A stretch of DNA of 64,000 nt from Selaginella moellendorffii (taxonomy: Eukaryota > Plantae > Lycopodiophyta), in assembly GCF_000143415.4 (NCBI RefSeq), contig NW_003314318.1:1165690-1229689 (forward strand), given 5' to 3'. The position numbers were made by a program, and so were the translations under genes. Below, piece after piece: positions 54,119 to 64,000 of the stretch. The stretch's first letter is position 1, and every line of letters begins with the position of its first letter. Under the pieces are notes generated by a model. It saw only the letters and a list, made by a program, of their open reading frames with translations, was not told the origin of the DNA and ran no database searches.

Positions 54119-54286
54119 TGCGTGATTTCAAAGACAATTCAGCGAAAAACCCAGTTACTCGTGATCGCGATCGCCATCATTTTAAAACTGGATTCGCGAT
54201 TTCTAGAATCGCAGCGTACAGCGCAGGAGAAAAATGCCAATCACAGCCAAGACGTGATCTACCTGTGAGTATGAGCCGAGTCTCCG

Positions 54287-54311
54287 ACGTGGCAAAGTTC
54301 TACCACGTGGC
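54287..54311. promoter_or_regulatory. Paired ABRE/G-box elements
   Basis: ACGTGGC at 54287 and CACGTGGC at 54304, in the divergent LTP-ALDH intergenic region. Confidence 0.45.
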
Positions 54312-55342
54312 AGAATAGGTCTACATTCGAGTTTTAGGGTTTATGGAGGCTAGGGTTTTGGGCGCTTTTTGGGCCCTCTTCAGTCAAGCAGCGCTCGCGC
54401 CGCTCAATGGTGGAGTGTCTGCCGCAAGAGGGCGACATCGACGGCTTGCTGAAGATGATGCGAGGCGGCAGCATCGACAGCCTCGTCAATCATATAAGTA
54501 CAGTCACATTTTTTTGTTCTTGTGTAGAGTTTCTTCCTTCCTCTGGGATGATTCGAATCTAGATGACGAGTCTGATGCTAGCGCCATTGCTAATGAAGCA
54601 TCGAACGAGGCATTTGTCTGAGAGGAGTGAGCCGGATTTGTGATGCATGCCGCCCGATGATGCTTTGAAAATCTTTGAGACCTGAAAACTTGGTGGCTTT
54701 TCGAGGCTGCCCTGAGTGGATAACTTGAAAATCCTGAGGGCATTGCTTGGGTTGGTTTCTTTCCTTTTTCTTGCGTTTTTGACCCGATTGCCCGCTTTTT
54801 TTCTCTGGGAAAATGTGTTTTTTTCTTGCGTGAGATAACTGAGCCTTGAATTACGGGTTTCTCTGACTTTTCCCAGATTGCATGCCGCGGCATGCGTGGT
54901 TAGCTTTGATCTTTGAGCACGACCTCGTTGACATGAGGTTTAAGATTGAAAGGATCCATGTGATGTGTTTGAAGAACAAGAGTTTGAGTTTGAGTGTCTT
55001 TCTTCTTAAATGTGGTCTACACGGCAGCGGCCGAGGCACGTTGAATGGACTGTTAAGAAACGAAACGAGAAAAGCGTATATTTAACAAACAAGAGCGATA
55101 GAAATGGAGCGAAGAGGATATTGGTGCTTCTCTTGTGTCGTTGCTGGTACTGTATAAATACTTTTGGTTTGTTTGGTGAAGGTTTTAAGCCCCTCTTTCT
55201 CTTCTTTTGTGCAGTTCAAGGCGCCGGGACAAAGCGGTGGGAGAAAGGACAAGGAGGTTTTTAACGAAAGGCGTGTTGCGGAAAAGAGTTGCGAAGTTTG
55301 GTGTGCGTTAGAAAAGGCCGAGGGGGTCCTCCGTCGTCGTTC

Positions 55343-57418
55343 ATGGCACCCTCTACTATCTCTGATTTGCCAATCGGTCCAGCGCCCGTGTCTGTCAAGT
55401 ATACCAAGCTCTTCATCGACGGCCAGTTTGTCGATGCTGTCTCCGGTACATTCGACCGTTTTCGTAAGATGATGTTGTGGGACTAAGAGCTCTGTGCTTT
55501 ACAGGAAGGACTTTCGAAACTTTGGATCCGCGGAATGGAGAAGTGATCTCGAAAGTAGCCGAGGCAGATAAGCAGGATGTTGATGTCGCCGTGAAGGCCG
55601 CTCGAAAAGCTTTTGATCATGGGCCCTGGCCCAGACTGTCTGGATATGTGAGTAGAATGTTTAGTCAATGTTGTCTGATGGGTATTTTCGCTTCGCTTTG
55701 TCTCAGGCCAGGGGGCGAATCCTTCTCAAGTTTGCGGATTTGTTGGAGCATCATTTTGACGAGCTCGCAGCACTCGAGACTCTGGACAATGGAAAGCCAT
55801 TGGACCTGGTGAAGTATGTGGACTTGCCAATGGCCCTTCGGCTTCTTCGTTCGTTCGCAGGTAGAATGCTACACTCTAAACGGTAAAGAGCCTGAGCTCC
55901 TTGTACAGGTTTCGCTGACAAAATCTGTGGCAAGACCGTGAAAATCGATGGGCCTTACCACGCGTACACTCTTCTCGAGCCGATTGGTGTCGTGGGCCAG
56001 ATCATCCCATGGAACTTCCCGCTCATCATGTTTTTCTTGAAGATCAGCCCCGCGCTTGCTGCTGGCAACACAATTGTCTTGAAGACTGCCGAGCAGACTC
56101 CCTTGAGTGCTCTCTTTTGTGCAAGCCTGCTGAAGGAGGTCTGTAGATTTTCTCGTTTGTGCTGTTGATCTCTTACTGGAGTTCGTGAATCTGTGCTGCA
56201 GGCTGGATTGCCTCCCGGCGTCCTGAACATCCTCTCTGGCTTCGGCCCAACGGCGGGAGCTGCTATCTCTAGTCACAACGATGTGGACAAGGTAACGAAT
56301 GGAAACTTCGGGTTTCTCTCGGGCGCTCACAAGGATATCGTGTTGCAGATTGCATTCACCGGCTCGACGGACGTGGGAAAGCTTGTGATGGAGGCAGCTG
56401 CGAAGAGCAACCTCAAGGCCGTCAGTCTGGAACTGGGAGGGAAGTCCCCCATGATAGTACTGGACGATGCAGATGTTGATGTAGCTGTCGAGCTAGCACA
56501 TTTAGCGCTCTTCTTTAATGTGGTAAGTTATCGTCAACAGTTCTTTCGTCGGGCCTTTCGTCGGTGCCTTTGGATTTACAAGCGGGAATTTCAGGGCCAG
56601 TGCTGCGTGGCGGGATCTCGTGTATTTGTCCAGGAAGGTATCTACGACGAGTTTTTGAGAAAGGTTGTGGACCGTGCAAAGAGACGGGTGACAGGTGACT
56701 CCTTCCAAAGTGGCGTCGATCACGGGCCTGTGGTACGAAAGATTTATAATGCGAGCTCATATCAAGAAAACTAAGCACAGTGGATTGCACAGGTTGACAA
56801 GCAACAGTTTGACAGAGTGCTTGGCTACGTGGAGATTGGAAAGCGCGAGGGAGCGAGGCTGGTTACTGGCGGGTGCCGCATTGGTTCTCGCGGTTTTTAC
56901 ATCGAGCCAACAATCTTTGCCGATGTCGAGGTAACACAATTCTCTCTTTGCAAAAGAGATCTTTTATCATCTCTTTTTTTTGGTGTTCTTTCTAACTGAT
57001 TGATTGCTTCGGCAGGATTACATGAGAATCGCCAGGGAAGAGATTTTCGGGCCGGTGATGTCGGTACTCAAATTCAGGTAACAAATCAAACTGGCTAGAT
57101 TTTCTCGAGAATTCTACTTCTTTCTTTACACTTTTCTCGCCTTCCAGAACAATAGACGAGGTGATCCAACGAGCCAACGACACGGCCTATGGTCTCGCGG
57201 CAGGGATAGTAACCAAGGACCTCAACTCGGCCAACCGATTGACGCGGTCCTTGAGAGCCGGGACAGTGTGGATCAATTGCTACCACGTCTTCGACCCGGC
57301 ACTTCCATTCGGTGGCTACAAGATGAGTGGGATTGGACGAGAGAATGGCAAGCAGGTCTTGTACCAATACTCCCAGGTTAAGTCGGTCGTGACTCCGGTG
57401 GAGTCGCCATGGCTGTAG
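55343..57418 (+). CDS. Aldehyde dehydrogenase family 2, probably cytosolic (ALDH2C-like), multi-exon
   Basis: [64 protein letters not shown]; no evident transit peptide. Confidence 0.92.
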
Positions 57419-57929
57419 ATCTTTGGCACCTCTTCGTCGCTATGAAAGTGGTACTAGTTCCTGAGTTTTTTTTCTTTCTTTTCCTTGGGGGAGGGAAGGC
57501 TCTAATCGTATGATCCAGAGATTGCGTTGCGGGAGCGATAGCGCACGCTACCTACCGTGCCCGCATTCGTGCAAGCCAGGAATGCATGGGGGTCATTTAA
57601 AGAAGTATCTCCAAAAGGGAGGAGTGTGAAGCCCATGTAAAGATATAGTAATGAGGAAAAAATTTGTAGGAAACCTATTGTCGTTTGAGCGGAATCAAGC
57701 GAGAAAGTGGAGGGTCTTGCATAAAAACAATAGATAAGAGAAGCTCTTAGTCATGTCCAAACGAAAAATCGTCGGCCAACGCATGATCATAGACCATGTG
57801 AATGAAATTCTCAAAAATATCATTGTTGGAAAGATGGTAAAGATATATCTATTGTTGGAAAGTTGGCGTTCTCTCATACTGCCCTGAGCTCGCTAGGGTT
57901 TCCTATAGCTTTTATGGGTTCCCTTAGTT

Positions 57930-59510
57930 GCCCAATGCTCGCCGGGTCGATGATACGGCGATAGAGGAATACGCTCAGGCAAACGAGCAGAAGCAGTCCA
58001 TGGAGCCGATCAATCCATGCCGGCAATGCTTTGCAGGAAAATCTATGGCTTGAGGCTCATAGTGGCGCTCCATGCCCCAGCAGGTGAGCTCAGTTCAGAT
58101 GCTTTAGTGAGTTCCATGCCTCGCAGGTGATTTCTACAGCTTCATCGGATGCTTCAGCGAGTTCGTCTTCGTAGAGAAAGCTCTTCCGGCGCACCTCGGT
58201 ATCAAAGATTACGCCCGGATTCTTGGCGAGGAGCTCGTTCGCTGAGACGTATCACCGTCTCCTGCCACCACCCCGCAAAATGGAATCCATGCATGATGCT
58301 CTCGAGGTTCTGGAGGAATGCACGCGATTGGGAGAACGACGTCGCCAAGCACTATCCAGTTTTGGTTCTTCTCCCGGTGGACTTTTTGCCTGGGAACGAT
58401 GGCACGCTTGGCAACTGACGACACCGAGGAGCCCGATGGTGTTCCCATGGACGAGCTGTGTGCGGAGCTGATTGATCCAACTAAACTACCGATCTTCACT
58501 GTCACTTGGGACGTGAGCTCGCGCAGCGACAAGGAGAAATTTGTGAGGCTGTCCGAGTATGAAAAGAGAGGCCATCTTGTGCTCACCGTGAGACCTCCAA
58601 GCTTCCATCTTCCAACTTCTTGTCCAAGGTGCCTTTCCACATACCTATATCTATGCCTCGCCAAGAAGCCATTCATCGTCGAGCACTCCAATGCTGGTGA
58701 GCTTTCCTTCTTTTCTTTCTGTAGGATTATCTTTAATGGTTTTTTTCTAGACAACCTCAACTTCCTTATAATCGAATGGAACCTATTAACTGCGTTTGGC
58801 AATGACGTAGATAAGTTTTTGCAATCAACAGTGATGTGCGACTTTGATGTTGGGCTCAGTGAGGTTGAGGCTGCTAAGTTCCAGTCCTTGAGGCCACTGT
58901 TCATAGATCTTGATGATGCTCTTGACTTGGAGCTATGGACCAAATGTCAATCCAAGAGAAAAAGTTCTTGGTTTTCTTCTGATGTAGTTGGAGGAGAAAT
59001 CGAAACTTCACACTTGTCATGGGCGATCAACAGGCATGGCACAAGGCAAAACAATGAGCAGACTTGGGAACTCTCAAGCCAGACAAACAGAGGTAACAAC
59101 AAGAGTTCTTTATAATTGAAAATTTGAAATCACCATGTGTCATTTCAGATCTATGGTCGAGCATTGCGTTCTTACAAGGATCTTTCCTTGGTAATACAAG
59201 TGAACAAGGATTCAAAATACCTATGTGGCATGTAAGTTACAATGTAAGCTTTCATTCTTTTTCTAAGATCTTTCCTTGGTTTCTAGGCGGCCGACAAGCC
59301 TTGATGCAATGCTCATCACTCACATTCTATTTGTGAAGCGCGTTTCTCTAGTACTAAAAGCTTATGATTTTTCTCTATGATTCCTATTGTGTTTCATGCT
59401 CTCAGGAGAACTCTATTTTACGAGCTGCACTTGACTTGGCGCATCCGGAGCTCATCAACTATGCAAACCTCGGAATCACTCTGATCACCTGGCAGTGTGT
59501 GTTTGGATTG
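57930..59510 (+). pseudogene. Deletion-bearing inverted copy of the unknown gene at 60762-62670
   Basis: Shares TDDTEEPDGVPMDELCAELIDPTKLPIFTVTW..; several frameshifting deletions. Confidence 0.75.
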
Positions 59511-60761
59511 CAATCTAAGATCATCTTGCAATCCAAATTACGAGTTGTGTAGTAATTAATAATTTACATAGTCAATGCTAACATACTGGTATATGAAACT
59601 CAGGCTAACTCTTAAATATATGTTTCCTACTCTGAAGGAAACAGGGAAGAAGAAACCATAGCTTGTTCTTGATTTGTGCTTTTATCTAAAGCTATTTACG
59701 TCATAAATTCTTTTTCTAAGAATATAATTTGGGAATATGCTTTTGATCAAGCTGGAAAACTCGCTCAAGGTTCTTTTCTTTTTTTGCGATTCTTTCTAGC
59801 AAACAAAGTCCTCTCACTTCTCTACTTGGACTATGAACTGCAACTTCACCTAGAAAACAAATCACATTGTCTCATACTCGTTGTAGTCGAGTATGCAATC
59901 GTCCCGACCAGTGCCGTGGTGTTGTTCTACTCAGATGAATCCGGAAGCTTCTTTCCGAACGCCTTGATTGCCTGTGAATGGATGGCATTAAGATGAGAAC
60001 GCTGCTTTCTTGAGGTGAGAGTCTTACCTCTCCTGCCTTTGGAAACACGAGCATGTCATCGCCCAAGGCCAGTATAACTGGTCCGTCCACTCCACTGAAG
60101 GCGTAGGTAACTGCTTTGCACGACGCGCCAGTGCAGTAGAGACCCTTGCCAAACTAGAAAAGCAAATGAGAGGTTACGTCGCACAAATTTGGACAACTTT
60201 AATACCATGTAGCCAGGAACAGGAGCGTTGTAGATTGCTGGCTGCATTCCCTTGATAAGATTGCAGGCGCTTGTTCCTAAAATACCGCAGTCAGAGCAGG
60301 AAAAAGAATCTTTTACGTACCCCACCACTTCGTTGTTTAGCTTGTCAATTTCTTGAAAGGATGCTGCACGGCTTTCAGCAATGATACTAACAGACTGAGC
60401 AAAAGTTTAGTTCCACGCGCTGTGCTAACGGAAAACATACCGGCTCGTAAGTTTTCTCCAGGTATATCTTATAATCGCCGAGCTTGGGGCAACGATCCGA
60501 TAAAGGATCGTCCAATGTGTCCCCACTCACTTCACCTATGGGACGTGATATTGCTTTGAAAGATTCCACCCACGCGTCGCACACAACATCCTAGAAGAAT
60601 TGCATGATTTACGACGAGCAACACAAAATGTCCACAGGATAGAACTTCAGCGCACCGCCACAGGGCTCCAGCGGACCGTACATAATTTGATGAGCACTAA
60701 AAATGCAAGTGACAAGAGGAAAGCTAGAAAAGACCAACCGAAAGAAGGAAACCATTCGCCA

Positions 60762-62670
60762 TCAATGCTCATGAACGGAACTGGAAGCATCCATCTCCTG
60801 AGCGTTCTCGAAAAGAATCGGCCTCGCCTCCTCGTCCGACACATTGCTCTTGAGCTTGTCCACAAACTCGTGGAAGTTCTTACCGTCCTGCTCACGGCTC
60901 TTGGCGTCGCCACCACCGCCAGCCTTTTGCTTCTTGAGTTGCTTCCCGTCATCCATGGTCTGTTTGCCTTGCACCTCGGCGGATCCCGTCCCCAATCCAC
61001 AGACACACTGCCAGGCGATAAGAAGAATTCCAAGGTCTGAGTACTCGATGAGCTCCGGATGCTCTAACTCAAGCGCAGCTCGAAGAATGGAGTTCTCCTA
61101 AGAGCAATGACACAACAACATGAATCATAGAGAAAAATCATATGCTTTTGGTACTTACAAGAGAGATGCGCTTCACAAATAGAATGTGAGCGAGGAGCAT
61201 TGCATCGAGGCTCGTGGGCCGCCTAGAACAAAAGAAGATTTCAGAAAAACATGAGAGGCTACACTATAACTTACATGCCACACAAGTACTTTGAATCTTT
61301 GTTCAGTTGCTTTACAGAGGAGAGATCCTTGTAAGCGCGCAACGCTCGACCATAGATCTGAAATGAAATCAATCTTAAGCCATAAAGAAAGAAATAAAAG
61401 CCTCGAAAGCTCTCACTGTTACCTCTTTTTGTCTGGCTTCTGAGTTCTTCCAGTTGATGCCAAGCCTGGTCATTGCTCTGGCTCTCCTTGTCCATGCCAC
61501 CAGCTTGTTGATCGGCCACGGCAAGTGTGAAGTCTCGATGTCCCCTCCAGCTGCATCGAGAGAAAACCAGCCACTTTTCTTCCTGCACTGACGTTTCGTC
61601 CACAGCTCCAAGTAGAGAGCATCGTCCAGATCCATAAACAGCGGCCTCAAGGACTCAACCTTCGCAGCTTCACCCTCATTGAGCCCAGCATCCAAGTCGC
61701 ACATCACCGTAGATCGCAAAAAGTCCTCCACGCCGCTGCCAAACGCAGTGTGGAGGTTCCAGTCCACCAAAGGTAAGTTGAGGTCTGAAAAAAACCGTGA
61801 GCATCTGCGATACAAAAGAAAGAAAGGAAAGCTCACCGGCATTGGAGTGCTCGACAAGGAATGGCTTCTTGGCCAGGCACAGGTAGAGGTACGTGGAAAG
61901 GCTCCTCGGACAAGCGGTTGGAAGATGAAAGCTTGGAGGTCTCACGGTGAGCACAAGATGGCCTCTCTTCTCATACTCGGACAGCCTCACAAACTTCTCC
62001 TTGTCACTGCGCGAGCTCACGTCCCAAGTGACAGTGAAGATCGGTAGTTTAGTTGGATCAATCAGCTCCGCACACAGCTCGTCCATGGGAACACCATCGG
62101 GCTCCTCGGTGTCGTCAGTGAGGCCGCTGCAGTTGCCAAACGTGCCATCGTTCCCAGGCAAAAAGTCCACCGGGAGAAGAACCAAAACTGGATAGAGCTT
62201 GGCGACGTCGTTCTCCCAATCGCGTGCATCCTGCCGGATTTCCTCCAGAACCTCGAGAGCATCATGCATGGATTCCATTTTGCGGGGTGGTGGCAGGAGA
62301 TGGTGATACGTCTCAGCGAACGTCGCAAGCTCCTCGCCGAGAATCCGGGCGTAATCTTTGATACCGAGGTGCGCCGGAAGAGCGTTCTCTACGAAGACAT
62401 GGTGGAACTCGCTGAAGCATCCGATGAAGCTGTAAAAATCACCTGCGAGGCATGGAACTCACTAAAGCATCTATGAAAACTGAGCTCACCTGCTGGGGCA
62501 TGGAGCGCCACTATGAGCCTCAAGCCATAGATTTTTCCTGCGAAGCATTGCCGGCTTGGATTGATCGGCTTCATGGACCGCTTCTCCAACTGAAATCCAT
62601 GCTTGTTTGCCTGAGCGTATTCCTCTATCGCCGAAGCATCGACCCTGCGTATCGCAGCATTCGGCCAATG
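60762..62670 (-). CDS. Multi-exon gene of unknown function (start uncertain)
   Basis: Open exons joined by short GT-AG introns (..HAPA|GDFYSFIGC..EHSNA|DLNLPLVDW..QKE|IYGRALR..); the inverted paralogue conserves the amino-acid sequence. Confidence 0.55.
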
Positions 62671-62997
62671 CTCGCCCTTCACACAAAATGGTGCTATCAC
62701 CGGGGCAACGAAAAAGAGCAAAGAATCTTACCAGGGAGCCCATCAACTTCGCTAGGGTTTCCAAGCGGTGACGAGGGTTTTCGTGAGAAAGATGTCTTCT
62801 TTCTCTGCGAACGCGACTAAAATAAGTATGCAGCGAGCTTGCACGGTGCTGGGGTGTGGTGAGTGTCTCGCATTTTCTTTAGTGGAGAATGAGATTTATT
62901 CCTCGGGCTTGGTTGGGATTGTTCCGGGAAATCGTCGCTGCTTCTCTTTTTACTTGGCTTCTGGTGATAACGGCTTCTGTTTAAAGGAATTGTGATC

Positions 62998-64000
62998 AGG
63001 ACAGAGGGCGGAGTTTTTGCATCTACCTAAGAAGAAACTTACGGACTTTGGTAAGAAACTTCTTCTGGCGGACTTAGCTCTTGCGCTTTCTATTTGTCTT
63101 AGCACTGGTGAGAAAGGAGATTCAAGACGAAACCGATCGGATCACTGGACGTAGCAAACAAATCTCGCCGGTTCCTATTCATCTCAGCGTTTACTCTTGA
63201 AATGGTTTGTTTCATGGTTGATTGTTTCCACGACGAGTTTTAACTTCTTGTGTTTTGTGGCAGTCGTGAATTTGACTATGATAGACCTTCCGGGCTTAAC
63301 GAAAATTGCTGTTGGTAAGAATTTTCATGACAAATGTTTTAGCTTTTTCTTTTCCTTTTGCTTTGCAGACGGGCAGCCTGAAAGCTGAGATTGAAAACAT
63401 GGTCAGGTCTTATGTTGAAAAGGTTGGTTTCTGGTTATTATTCAACCTTTGCAGTGCTTAACATCTTGTAACTTCAGGAAAATACGATCATTCTGGCCAT
63501 CTCTCCTGCCAATCAAGATATAGCAACATCAGACGCAATGAAACTTGCACGCGAAGTCGATCTGACGGGTGAGATTATATTGTTTTCATGGCAATGTTCT
63601 AATGAATTAGAACGTTTGCGTTAGGTGACCGAACGTTTGGAGTTCTCACACAGTTGATGGATAAGGGAACCAATGCTATTGATGCAAGTATCTTTATGTT
63701 TACTAAACTCTTCAGTTTAGATTGAATCTGAATTTCTACAGGTGTTGGAGGGTCATTCCTATCGATTGCAACGCCCCTGGATCGGTGTTGTCAACCGATC
63801 ACAAGCAGACATAAATAAAAGTGTCGACATGATCGTCGCCAGACGAAGGGAACGTGAGTATTTTGCTTCAAGTCCAGATTACAGGCATTTGGCAAGCCGC
63901 ATGGGCTCTGAATATCTTGGAAGAGTTCTTTTGAAGGTGATTGTGATACATTTTGTGGCCGCTCTGAAAAATCTCTTTTGCAGCATTTGGAAGCAGTGAT
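62998..64000 (+). pseudogene. Dynamin-related protein DRP1 fragment, 5'-truncated, continues past the window
   Basis: [51 protein letters not shown]. No G1 P-loop exon seen upstream; stops and deletions present, TKLD motif damaged. Confidence 0.8.

Overview
Compact land-plant nuclear DNA: short ~50-60 nt GT-AG introns, dense genes and a PLS-DYW PPR gene. This pattern suggests a lycophyte such as Selaginella, which is an inference. About 2.4-18.7 kb is a transposon block. A young, structurally complete chromodomain Ty3/gypsy LTR retrotransposon (4881-12414, minus strand; CATAG target-site duplication, PBS, PPT) sits in an 86-bp tandem array next to an older decayed gypsy element. The block is flanked by a segmental duplication carrying SURNod19 and IES6 copies. 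Downstream are ispE, a PLAT-domain gene, PI-PLC, TruB, a PPR-DYW gene, five tandem CYP85-clan P450s (one clearly intact) with a copia remnant, an OVATE-family gene, organellar IleRS, an nsLTP, ALDH2, an inverted duplication of an unknown gene and a DRP1 pseudogene. The main finding is that the integrase of the young retrotransposon is split by two host-sized canonical spliceosomal introns (47 and 52 nt). Removing them restores HPQTDGQTER and KLTQRFAGPY exactly. The element's 3' UTR is also packed with hairpins. Together these suggest an LTR element that needs splicing to make integrase yet propagates its unspliced RNA.
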